Source: Calcarisporiella thermophila CBS 279.70
Lineage: Eukaryota > Fungi > Calcarisporiellomycota
Assembly (NCBI RefSeq): GCF_041956535.1
Contig: NW_027192216.1
Coordinates: 138,274 to 202,273 of the forward strand
Reading direction: 5' to 3'
Length of the DNA: 64,000 bases
Of this stretch, positions 11,792 through 22,578 are shown piece after piece. Position 1 is the stretch's first letter. Each line of letters opens with the position of its first letter. A program made the translations under genes and the position numbers. A model generated the notes under the pieces. It did not search any database, was not told the origin of the DNA, and saw nothing but the letters and a program-made list of their open reading frames with translations.

Positions 11792-13829
11792 ATGCCCATA
11801 ACCAGTGCCGCCACTGCCGATTATGCCAGTCCTGCAGATACTACCAGTGGATCCTACTGCTGCGATATTGAACGCCTGATTAATGAATCTGGAGCCAAAA
11901 TTGTGATTACCAACGCTCAAAAGGTCAATGAAGGCGGAGGCTCATTTATCGCGTATAACATCAGCATTGGGGTGAGTGACAGCCTTATTTTATCCAGTAC
12001 ATTAGTGTGTACCTAGATCTCATACATCGTTGTGCCCTTCTTATGGCATATTCAGAACTTAATGACCAAAAGACGTTATTCAGAATTTGAATCTCTACGC
12101 AACTCACTCTGTAAATTGTATCCTACCGCACTAGTTCCGCCGATACCTGAGAAACATTCTTTCAGTAAATACGGCATTCCCTCTCCATCACAACCATAAT
12201 TTTCGACTAACTTAATTGTTTGAACTAGCGGATTACGCAACCATGCAAAATCGTGTTAAAGATGATGTGGTCATGATCGAAAAACGCAAGCGCATGCTTC
12301 AAACTTTCTTGAATCGGCTCGCAGAACACCCAATTCTTTCAACAGCACATGCATTCCATCGTTTTCTGGATGTTGTTCCCTGGGTAGGCCATGATTCTCT
12401 TTTCTTTGCACATTCTGAGCTTAGCTAATACGGTTTACTAGTCCGAAGTCTTACACCAGCCTCCGCTAAACAATCTTCCCAAGAATCCCCATATGGTTTC
12501 CCCTACTAAAGCCAAGTCCTCTGGAAACAATACAGATTCCGCATCCTCGAGTGGCCTATTGCCAAATCTTCCCAACCCGAGTCCAACTCAGAAACTTCGA
12601 CAGCCTGACATGCGGTTTGCCGACTCTGAGGCATTTACTAACAAATTCATCGAATGCATGAGCCTGAATGTAGACAAGAGCCAAAGAAGAGTTGTTAAGC
12701 GCCTCGGCGGTAAGCCAAACCTTGTTAGTCAATGAGGAGACATATTTCTGATGTTTTCGGTGACTTTTAGAATTAGCAAACGATTACTCAGAACTGGGAG
12801 CTATTTATAATGGATTCAGCTTGAATGAGACGGGGGCTCTTGCCAATGCGATTGAGAAAGTTGGGCAAGCGATCGATTCCTCATATGTATCCACTGGAGA
12901 AATGGTATTGAATGTCATGATCCCACTCTCCCTTTCCCGATAGGAAGTTCTAAGAAAATGTGCTCCTCTCTTCCATAGATTGCCACACTAGAATCAGAGT
13001 TTGCCGAGCCTATCCAGGAGTACACTCAATACGGACAACACATTAAACAAGTACTCAAATACCGGCATTTAAAACATTTGCAAGTGGAGGTGACTGAAGA
13101 TAATCTTGAGTCCAAACGTGCCATGCTTGAGACGCTGGAGAAGACAGAAAATGAAGCAAAAAGAATTGAAGAGGCACTTAAACGAGATCGTCAAGAGCAG
13201 ATGGCTAGTTCCTTTGGGTCTATCAAAGCTGGTGCCACCGGTGCTGGCGACGACGAAGGCCAGGAGCAATCCTCAGAACATGGCCAAAGAAAGAACTCGA
13301 TGGAGAGGCAAGAGGAGATGCAAGGAAATCGAACACAAGAAGCGTCATCTACTGTCCCAGCAACCGCAACGACAACAGATGAAGAGAGGAGTACGGGATT
13401 TGGAGAACCGTCTAAAGTTCGAGGTCGCAAACGTTCAAGCGGGACAAATTTCTTGAGTGTGATCAGTCACAAAATCCATGGGATCATGGATGTAGATCCA
13501 GAGCTAACAAGACGGAACAATATTGGCAAAATGAAGGATGCCATTTCTCAGGTATACGTCTAAACCTATATTCTTCTTAACGGTCCAACCAGTGCTAATT
13601 CGTGGCCTTTTTTTTCATTAAGCTTGAGGAAACTCTCGAGGTCTCGTCTAATGATCTTGTGCAGATCTCGGCAGCAATACAACATGATTTGGATCGGTTC
13701 CAACAGCAGAAAATTGCCGACTTGCGCGAGATGCTGTTGGCATATGCACGGAGCCATGTCAAATGGTGTGAGAAGAATTTGAATGCATGGGAAGAGGCAC
13801 AAGCAGAGATCGAGAAAATCAATGTGTGA
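11792..13829 (+). CDS. SNX41: PX-BAR sorting nexin, SNX41/Atg20 type, multi-exon
   Basis: PX motifs KRRYSEFESLR, VPPIPEKH, IEKRKRMLQTFLNR; BAR region ELGAIYNGFSLNE, IHGIMDVDPELTRRNNIGK, DLDRFQQQKIADLREML. Confidence 0.9.
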
Positions 13830-14080
13830 GGGGTGCCCTGTGCTTCCCTTGTTTTCCCCCCTCCTTCACCCTCTCCTTTTTATATTACTCATTAGTCAAT
13901 ACGTTTCAACCTATATTTGATGGATTAATTGCACGCGGCATATGACTATTGTTTTTATAATATCAATGTTTACCAACACTTTGAAGTGTTGATTGTAATA
14001 AAACTATTTCATGTAAAAGCAGCGAACGGAGGGACTAGTGACAAAATAAATAGCCACACAAATTTATTATAAAACAATTT

Positions 14081-14688
14081 TTACATTTCGCCAGCCCGTG
14101 CCTTTGCTCGTGCAATTAATGTTTGCCGTTTTTCCTCATGTGCGATTAGGTCTACAAGATTGAATCGTCTTGGTTTGGGAATATCCTTCGGCCAGGGAAG
14201 TGAATGATTGGCGTCAAGAACAACCCCAATATAACGCCGTTTAGGATATTCCGGATCGGTATAGAAACGAACGTAACCCTCCTCAAGCGCATATATAGTG
14301 TGATCCTTGCCTATACCAACCTAAGTGAGCAACAAGAATCAGTACAATTGAGAAAGCCTTTCATGTCATCCACACTCGAGAGCTTACATTATCTCCAGGA
14401 TGGAATTTTGTTCCCCGTTGGCGCACAAGAATATTTCCGGGCTGAACTAGCTCATTCTCAAACTTCTTCACTCCTAATCTCCTACCTGCCGAATCACGGC
14501 CATTACGTGTAGATCCTCCTGCGCGTTTTGTTGCCCATCTAATTTGTGTTAAGGCTAAATCAAAGCGAAAAGTGAGCTAAGGCGGAAAAATAAATATTAA
14601 CTGTAAGATATTTACTTGAGGTATTAGCGGGATTAAGGAGGGAGATTCTTGTAGATGTTAGCGAAGTGAATCGTGTGATGAGTGACAT
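14081..14688 (-). CDS. MRP7: Mitochondrial ribosomal protein bL27m (absent from the ORF track), 3 exons
   Basis: Presequence [14 protein letters not shown]..., then [27 protein letters not shown]...[15 protein letters not shown]|[19 protein letters not shown]. Confidence 0.95.
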
Positions 14689-14890
14689 TTCAATAGTATA
14701 ATGATTGTGCTAAAAATTAGCAACTTCGAGCTTGCAACTTGTTTACAGAAATTCATTTTCAATGAAATTGACCTATTTGCTGCGCCTTCACTTAAATGGA
14801 CTCGCTTCTTCTGAAAGTTATTCCTCACATCGCTTCATCGGAAATCCATTACCTCGGACATTCCCAACAAGTCTAGAAGAAAGAAAGAAG

Positions 14891-15640
14891 ATGGCCACTA
14901 CTACCCTCGATGAATTCCAGTTTGTAACACAATACCTTACCATGCTTAGCGATCGCTCTGTGCGATTTGGTACAGATTATAAAGCATCGGTCCCGGCGAC
15001 ACGTAAACCAATCCCTAAGGTAGATAGCTGTGCGTATATGGATTTTTCTGTCCTAGAAACATAACGACGGCCCGATTTCTTATTTGATAGATGCCTACCC
15101 CAAAGGGCGCCAGCAGTTCAGCGCAGAAAAAAGCAGCACCCAAGCCAGCGAAGCAAGGTTTGTCTACATACCAAAGGAAATCATAAAACATTTCATATTA
15201 ACCGTGGATCGTTCTCAACAGAAAAAATCAAAATCTCCGCGAAACTTCTTAAAGGAAATCAGAGCTATTCCCTTACCATCAACCCTGCAACCTGCACTGT
15301 CTCAAATCTCAAATCCGACATCGCCAAACTTGTTGGGGTTCATTCCAACGACTTGCGGCTTTTAATCAAAGGAAAAGCGCTTGTTGGCGAGAAATCGGTA
15401 GAAGAATATGGAGTGGTAGATGGAACTATTGTTCACGTTATCCTCAAGGCTGGAGTGGTGCCCTCAGGTACTGATTCCTCTCCTGCTACAGAGAGTGGAG
15501 TGAAGGATCCCCGTTTTTGGCAAAGATTGCATGGGTTCTTGAAGAATGAGCTCGGAGAAGGAGCCGATCAAGTCCTAGATGGATTCTTAAAGTCGGTAGA
15601 GGGTGCGCCTTCCAAGGAGGAAGTTGAAAAACTGGCATGA
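14891..15640 (+). CDS. GET5: Get5/Mdy2-like ubiquitin-like protein, 3 exons
   Basis: N-terminal EFQFVTQYLTMLSDRSVRFGTDY (Get4-binding type); UBL domain with LRLLIKGKAL; C-terminal FWQRLHGFLKNEL dimerisation motif. Confidence 0.8.
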
Positions 15641-15795
15641 TCTATCCTCTTTTTGCTCGCTTGTATACATTTATCTAAATATAATGCTTCATACACCCTT
15701 ATTGATGTTATATTATGATGCAAAAATAGAACTAAGAATTCATGTTCGTTACAAAAAAATGTGCACAGTCGATTGTATATCGAAAAAATAAAGAA

Positions 15796-15869
15796 TGCTC
15801 GTGACAGGGATCGAACCTGTGACCTTGGCGTTATTAGCGCCACGCTATAACCAACTTAGCTACACGAGC
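15796..15869 (-). tRNA. tRNA-Ile(AAT)
   Basis: GCTCGTG/CACGAGC acceptor stem; anticodon arm TGGCG-CTAATAA-CGCCA; T arm ACAGG-TTCGATC-CCTGT; T-rich terminator downstream. Confidence 0.97.
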
Positions 15870-15956
15870 CGATTTCGAATTTGTGTTACTAAAATGAGTT
15901 TTTGTTACAAGCAATTCATTTTGGCAGTCACAATAGAGCTCGAGAGCGGGGTTCTT

Positions 15957-16296
15957 GGGGGAGGGTTAGTGTAGTGGACTATCCCTGGTATGCCGATGAG
16001 AACGGCGTGGGTTCTAATCCCGCTTCCCCCACCAGCACTTACCCTTAGTTTGTGACTGCTGTCCACTTGATCAGAAATTGAATCTTCATTATTGAAAGCA
16101 TCCCTCCTACGATAAGTACAAAGATTACATCGGTTTCACGTACATGCTATTCACGACAACTACGATACACGCATATCGATTGAACGCCTATCGATCACGG
16201 ACCTATATCTCGCTATGTTAAGTCCATTGACATTAACTTCATGTAATATATGGAAATTAAATAAAAAGTTTCCATTGAAGATCAAAAAAAAAAAAA
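15957..16296 (+). mobile_element. tRNA-derived SINE, copy 1 (youngest in the stack)
   Basis: tRNA-like head with A-box-like TAGTGTAGTGG and B-box-like GGTTCTAATCC ending ...TTCCCCCACCA; body; AATAAA; GATC(A)13 tail; perfect 17-bp TSD TCGAGAGCGGGGTTCTT (15940-15956 / 16297-16313). Confidence 0.92.
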
Positions 16297-16313
16297 TCGA
16301 GAGCGGGGTTCTT

Positions 16314-16535
16314 CATATCTCTCTCTCTATATCACTTATCAATAATACCCACAGTTAGTTGAGTTTTATTACCCATCTACCCATTTGAAGAGAAAATTCG
16401 TTATGATCAACTTACCCCGAATTGCAATACCGCGTTAATATCTAGCTTTTCTCTCATTCTATTACTTTTAATAATGTAACGGTTGTACTTTAGAGTCTTC
16501 TTAAACAATAAAGACTCACTTTTGATTAAAAAAAA
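16314..16535 (+). mobile_element. Poly(A)-tailed retroposon 3' end, element B
   Basis: Ends AATAAA...GATT(A)8; TSD AGAGCTCGAGAGCGGGG (15935-15951 / 16535-16551); near-identical copy on the minus strand at 45015-45245. Confidence 0.85.
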
Positions 16536-16556
16536 GAGCTCGAGAGCGGGGCGACT

Positions 16557-16814
16557 ATATATATGGCCGAGACATACTCTAGAAATTGAACTATAAGCTA
16601 CTTCGTTACAACTTCTCCGAAATGCAGTAAAATGTGACAATGAAATACTTCCATATATACTTCTACTTATTCTGTATCTTTCTCGGTACAAGCAATTCCA
16701 CTCTACAAGGCTGGCCAGAAGCATTGCCTAGGTGATTTTGGCATAAAAGTCTACCCTGCTTTTAACTTGTATAGGAGACATTTTAATAAAGGTCCTTTGT
16801 TTAAAAAAAAAAAA
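16557..16814 (+). mobile_element. Poly(A)-tailed retroposon 3' end, element C
   Basis: Ends AATAAAGGTCCTTTGTTT(A)12; perfect 18-bp TSD CTCGAGAGCGGGGCGACT (16539-16556 / 16815-16832). Confidence 0.82.
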
Positions 16815-16827
16815 CTCGAGAGCGGGG

Positions 16828-17094
16828 CGACTCCCTTAGGCGACACCCGTCCATGAGAGTGTGCCGGGTTTTTCTCAGGATTCAACCGCTATCAATAGTA
16901 TAGCAATAAACGAGTAATATCAAGCGGCTACAAAAATAGCTAGCAAAAATCCTTAGGTGAAATCCAACCACAATAATGGGAGGCCAGGGGCAGTACTTGG
17001 GTGATTTTGTAGAAGTCTACCCTTCCATTCACTCCAGATAAAAAAATCGAGTGGATGTAAAAAAAATACCTCCCAAGGGAGAAAAAGAAAAAAA
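16828..17094 (+). mobile_element. A-tailed retroposon 3' end, element D (related to C)
   Basis: Shares GGCCAG...GGTGATTTTG...AAGTCTACCCT with element C; A-rich tail; followed by CTCGAGAGTGGGG. Confidence 0.72.
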
Positions 17095-17103
17095 CTCGAG
17101 AGT

Positions 17104-17418
17104 GGGGAGAGGAAATAATATAGTGATCCATCTCAAGAATGCCGAAAGGAACGCCGTGGGTTCGAATCCCACTTCCCCCACCAGCATTCACTTCTAGTTT
17201 GAGACTGCAGTCCGCTTGATCCATTTCGAGTCTATATTACCGGGAAGAAAGCTGCCATTGATAACATCGATCTCACCTGTATGCTTTTCGCGACAAAAAC
17301 GAAACACATCTATCGATCAAGCCTTGTATCTCACAATGTTAAGTCTATGGACACAAAACCTCATGTAATATACATGGAAATTAATAAAAGTTTACATTGA
17401 TTGATCAAAAAAAAAAAA
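17104..17418 (+). mobile_element. tRNA-derived SINE, copy 2 (older, diverged)
   Basis: Aligns by eye to 15957-16296 along its length (GTGGGTTCGAATCCCACTTCCCCCACCAGCA...ATGTTAAGTC...CATGTAATATA...GGAAATTAATAAAAGTTT...GATC(A)12); degenerate downstream TSD. Confidence 0.88.
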
Positions 17419-17565
17419 TACTCAAAAGCGGAGCAGGAGGGTAGTGTACGATATACATGCAATACTCGCGATCAACATGACGAAAATAGCGCGATATCAT
17501 GACACATACAACAAAGGTTTCGACCTTCCTAATACTCTCACCATTTCGCTGGTTTTTTATTTTTA

Positions 17566-18370
17566 TGTTATAGCCTCTCTTGACTAATGTAAGCCCACCC
17601 ATCATATTTTATGGTATCTCACCCATCTTCTACGTCCATCTAGGTGGTGTTATTCTCTATACTTTATTATTAAGTAATTAATAAAATCAATCTTCCGCTT
17701 TCGGCTAGTTTGTACAAAGTCTCCAACCGACCATAACAATTTGGTGGGACGTGAGAGACACTTCAGGGAAGCAGAACCCTGAACGAACTCTATAAAAATA
17801 ACTAAACGTATCGTTATGAGTGCACCAAAAGTGATTGACAGACGCATTGCTACCCCAACTCCGTTGCACGGTTCTCCTGCAGAAGAACCAATGAGTTGGC
17901 TGCAAAATTTTGAAATGGTTAAAAAAGCCAACGGTTGGGTGGATGAAACCGCCTGAATGTTGTGGAATCACTGTGTCTGGGTAGTGCTGCTACATGGTAT
18001 CAACGTAATGAAGCATAGTTGGACTCCTGGGCAAAATTTAGAGAAGAATGCTTGAAGTATTATCGCTCGGGAGTACGGAAGGAGATTTGGAGGACTGCAT
18101 TATGGACAAAGCGTCAGAGGTCAGAGGAATCGGTAGATTCTGCTGCGTCCGAAGCCCTAGCCCTTCTTAAGAGATTCGGAATTCAGGGAAAGGAAGAGAG
18201 AAACCAGTACTTTGTGGATGCTCTACGCCCCGAATTGGCTGCTAAATTGACCGAATGGATGACTGAGAAGGTGAAGACGGGATCGACACCCGAAGGAATA
18301 CGAGGGGTCGACTCTAACGAGCAGGATGAAGAGAGATTCCCTTCAAATTGGGTACAGTTCCACTCATAGG
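17566..18370 (+). mobile_element. Ty3/Gypsy LTR-retrotransposon relic: putative 5' LTR, PBS and disrupted gag
   Basis: TGTTAT...ATAACA (17566-17738) followed by PBS TGGTGGGACGTGAGAG at 17742; gag from ATG 17816: PLHGSPAEEPMSWLQNFEMVKKANGW.../LGSAATWY...SWAKFREECLKYY...RQRSEESVDS...FVDALRPEL, with a frameshift and a stop. Confidence 0.8.
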
Positions 18371-18584
18371 GGAATTGTATTCGATAGCCGAGAGAGTTTG
18401 ACGACAGCTCCGGCAAACATCACAATAGAACAGTTGCTTTGCCATTTCCCTTTCATACAACGAGAATGGGACTACTGCGTAGGGTTACCTCTAGAGTGAA
18501 TTCGGCTGATCTAGTCGTAGACGGATGACGATGGGTTTGATATTTGACGACTTCACAGAAGTTCGAGGTCGAATTATCACCAAT

Positions 18585-18982
18585 ATTCAATCGACCCATC
18601 TGCACTCTGGCGCTCAGTCTGTAACGTAGTCTTCCATTTCTCCTTTCGTACTTCCGATCAATAATACTTCAGGAACATGACCCTGAATTTGGCCCTGATA
18701 TCCATTTTTGACTTTAAACTGGTACGGTGTGGCTGCACTTCTCAGCACAATGATCCCACAACATTAACGAGAGGTCATCCGAGTAATCGTTGGCATTTTT
18801 GAAGAGTTCGAAATTCCGAAGCCAACTGGGTCTTCCATAGGAGAGCCGTATCACGCCGTTAGGGCAACAATGCGTCTGTCAATCACTCTTGGTGTACTCA
18901 TGATAATACGTTCGGTTATGTCTTATGGAGTTCGCTCAGGATTGTTTCTATGAAGTGTCTCCCACGTCCCACCAAAATGTTA
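18585..18982 (-). mobile_element. Second, inverted and more decayed copy of the same Gypsy 5' region
   Basis: Reverse complement has TAACA-TT-TTGGTGGGACGTGGGAGACACTTCA, GTGATTGACAGACGCATTG and the translation AKFRVMFLKYY*SEVRKEKWKT, homologous to the copy at 17734-18130. Confidence 0.8.
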
Positions 18983-19269
18983 CAGAGAGAAAGTGATGTG
19001 AAGATGTACAAATTTAGCAAAAATATATATATAGTTAGAAGTGACTAAGAAACACTAGTTAAAGAACACATAAACAGCTTATTAATGGTATTTCATTGTC
19101 TCAGCAACACAGATGATTAAATACTGCAAGAATTCAATGGAAGTCGGGGTGCTGTAAGAAAGTATCCAGGAACAACATCAATATATTCAACATTACGATT
19201 GCGTGTGAACGACTGAACTGAAATAAAAATCCCACGTGTATGCTCGAGTACCTTTGTGGCTGCTCGTGA

Positions 19270-19900
19270 TTTTCCCGTACAAAAACCAATTGTTTCTCAA
19301 TAGAAATTTTTGTCAAACTAAAGCTTATCACAATGAATTTCTCAACTTTTCGTCATTGGGACATTTTGACGACCGCGCTGTGAACTTGGATGATCTTGCA
19401 AGGTGCGTTATCGCCAACATTAAATACACCGATCGCGACCCTAAGTGCACACGCCGCAGCGCCTCGAAGAATACGATTTCCTATAGTTTCTCCGAGTGCC
19501 CAAGCCGGGCACTAGTATGGCAGTGGGCAGAGAATTGTATAGACCGTATAAATACCACTTCATGCCCCCAGAATACCCAGGTGCTAGCCGCACGGATTCT
19601 TATACCTAATTCCCGCGCACAATAAGATATGCTACCCAAATTAATTACATTCGATTCGGTACTCCGGCAGATGTGCCGGTTTGGATTGTTTTCCACTTTG
19701 ACAACTTGCGAGCTCCATCCGACACTCTCATCAATTGCGCCATTCCCGATATCGAGGAGGCCATAGGAACCGAATTGGCAAAAAGAAGGCAGTAGAACGA
19801 ACAATTCCGAAGCCGAAAAGAGAGAAGATGTTTGAAAGATGCTGGTACTTGAATGATGCAGCAACCCTTTTTTTTCTATTTCCTACTCTCCACCATATCT
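19270..19900 (+). mobile_element. Decayed C-terminus of a non-LTR (LINE) ORF2, zf-RVT-like
   Basis: DPKCTRRSASKNTISYSFSECPSRALVWQWA resembles the zf-RVT pattern CxxC...ETxxHxFxxCP...VW; stops and frameshifts downstream. Confidence 0.5.
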
Positions 19901-21096
19901 CAGCATTTTTAAGAAAGCTTCTATACTTTTGGGAGGCTAGGAATAGAACCTATGTGAGATTGGTTTAGAAGTTCGTTCAACTATTCTGCAAACCATGGAC
20001 AAAAACTTTGGAAAAATAAGAGAGGATATTGCACGGTATTCCGTGTAGTTGCAATCCCCTTTAATATCGCATGAGAGCACTTTACAAGAAACATTCTTGA
20101 TTTTTCCAGCCTCACTCTCCTCCTATCTTAATGATCCCTCCAATTTCTTTATTTATGAACTCATGGTCTCCTTAAAATGCCTATTTTCCGTTTCAAGAAT
20201 GCCAATGACTCTTCGTCATGCTCCAATGATACCTGGATCATAATCAAGGTGTTGTTGGCACAAAAAATCGACTACCTAAACTCATAATCGGCAGTCAGAG
20301 TGGAGAAAAACATATAAATGATTAGATTCCCCCACTAAATTCTAGGTTCCAATTCCTCTCCTGTAGACAGGCTGCATAGACGCGCGAATAATGCACAGCT
20401 CTAACCTAGTCACTTGTAATAGGCAGTTCGATAGAGCTGAATACAATCCAACTCAGAATGAGCAGGTATTGTATACGAGTCCCGTACTCTTTCAGCAGGT
20501 CAGCCGATAGCATTGGCATGGTCATGCCAAAGGTAACGCTCTCACAGCCTCAGCCGGGGTAATCCATATAAAGAAAGGTATGGTTTTTGTGGCATACTTT
20601 AAACCATTGAGAATCCTCACCTGGCCGATCGAACCTAGGCAAGGAGTAGCTTCAAAGCATTCGAAGCACTGGGTGATTCCGCGAGTTCTCCAGGCAATTT
20701 GACTATATTCCGAATATATATATTTGTATCTTTTCAATAGAAAAAAAAAAAAAACTAGACGAAACGAAAAAGAGAAAAGAAAAAAAATAAGGAATAAAAA
20801 TCACAAATAATAGCAAAGGGGAAAAGTTTTTTTTTCATATAGAGAAAACTTAAACATTAAGGAAACTGTACAAAGAAAAAAAAATTATAACAAAAATGTT
20901 TAGCGAAAAAAAATCCCTTAGTATATATATTTATATATATAAGAAACTTCATAATTAAAGAGACCCTGATTATTCTTTGTCTTACCTCTATTAACAAAAA
21001 AGAAAAAGAAAAAAGAAATAGAAAGCATCCGGAAAAAAAAATAAATAATTCGAGTTGAATGATATTCAGACATATCTGGAAAACAGCGGGAGGCTA

Positions 21097-22578
21097 TTAG
21101 GTGGCTTCAGTTTGTCCAAACTGGCTGCGAGGAAGGGGAGTAAAACTGTTGATGTCGATTCCACGGGCAAGTAGGGCAGGGTGAACGTGGGGAGGTACCA
21201 AGCGGTGAACAAGGTCCGGCCGAATCGACAACTCTATGATACCCAATCGGTTAGCTACGCTTTTAAACGGATGAGGAAAAAATGAACTCTCTACTCACCA
21301 AATTCAGAGAAATCGAAGAGTGGTGGCAACTCTGCCCCTCCTAACATCCGCGTATTGGGATCACGCAATTCATCGAAGAAAGGATGGCACATGGCCTCGA
21401 TGGCCGTCAAGCGTTGCTGAGGCGAATACACTAGCAAATAAGAGAGTAGGTCGATGGCCTCCGGCGAGCTCCGTGACTTGAAAATCTAAAGGAAGCAAAA
21501 AAAAAACACACCCCCGCAAGATGGGATGAATTCAAGCCTGCTCAATAAGATGTCAGAAGGGGGTGTACAAAAAATACCTTGCTAAATGGATGCGGTTTAA
21601 TTTGTGGGAATCTATGCTCCATGTAATTCGGGTTCATGGTTCGAATTTGTTCTTTAGTGGGGGTGCCCAGCACCTTGATAATCTCCACCAACTGATCGAT
21701 ACCACTCTCGCCAGGAAATATCGGCTGTCCCAGCATCAACTCTGCCATGACACACCCGGCCGACCACAGATCGATGCTGGTCGTGTAGTTCGTGGCCCCA
21801 AATATCAGCTCGGGTGCACGATAGTAGCGTGAGCAGATGTAGGAAACGTTTGGTTCACCGGGTACAAGTATTTTTGCGCTCCCGAAGTCGCAGAGCTTCA
21901 ACACCCCCGTGACTGGGTCGACGAGTAAGTTTTGCGGCTTGATGTCGCGATGGCAAATGCCCTGAGCATGGATATACGCAAGAGAGCGAAGCAATTGATA
22001 GGTATAAAGCTTGATAATGAGCATTGGCATGGCCTGTTTCATCTTATGATATTGCCGGCTCGCACGATACACCGTCTCGTTAACATACTCGAGTACCAGG
22101 TTCAAATAGACGTCCCCCTATCGGGTTATCAAGGAATCATAAGGCTTCTCATGCTGGGAGGGGGGATAAAGCATAGAGGTCCAGAAGCACATACCTTGTC
22201 GCCATTCGTATAAAAATAAGACTTAAGAGCGACTATATTCGTATGCTCTACCATTTGCATAATTTGAAGCTCTCGATTCTATGGAAGAAAAGAGGGGGGG
22301 TACATCAATGAACTCTCGAGCCATCATCCCATCTTCACAAAAAAAACTGCATTTACCTTGAAGCGTTTATCTTGAAACACCTTCTTGATTGCTGCATCTT
22401 CCCCTGTATTCACCAGTCGCGCATAATATACAGTCCCAAACGAGCCGCTCCCTATTACTTTACAGTTATGGTACGATAATTCGTAAGGGCGTCCCTTGCG
22501 ATCCGTTGCATGTACGGTGATGGTCTTAGAGGCATTTGGGGGACAGTTGTGTAATGCGTCTCTACTTCCAGGATGCAT
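21097..22578 (-). CDS. GSK3: Glycogen synthase kinase-3 family Ser/Thr kinase, multi-exon
   Basis: [21 protein letters not shown]|[62 protein letters not shown]. Confidence 0.96.

Larger units (their letters stand above)
15935..17431 (+). repeat. Six copies of the target-site core TCGAGAGCGG(GG) separating five inserts
   Basis: Copies at about 15935-15956, 16297-16313, 16535-16556, 16815-16832, 17095-17107 (one mismatch) and 17421-17431 (degenerate, CTCAAAAGCGG); each copy after the first follows an A tract. Confidence 0.92.

Noticed and set aside
15957-16034. Functional tRNA (e.g. tRNA-Sec/Ser/Leu) at the SINE head
   Set aside because: No canonical D and anticodon arm arrangement; it is fused to a repeated body with a poly(A) tail and TSD.
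15935-17431. CRISPR array interpretation of the repeat-spacer pattern
   Set aside because: Repeats are 11-18 bp, spacers are 220-340 bp with poly(A) tails, the context is eukaryotic and no cas genes are present; nested TSDs explain it.
20513-20530. Perfect hairpin TTGGCATG-GT-CATGCCAA as a Helitron 3' end
   Set aside because: No CTRR terminus at the expected distance; an isolated short palindrome.
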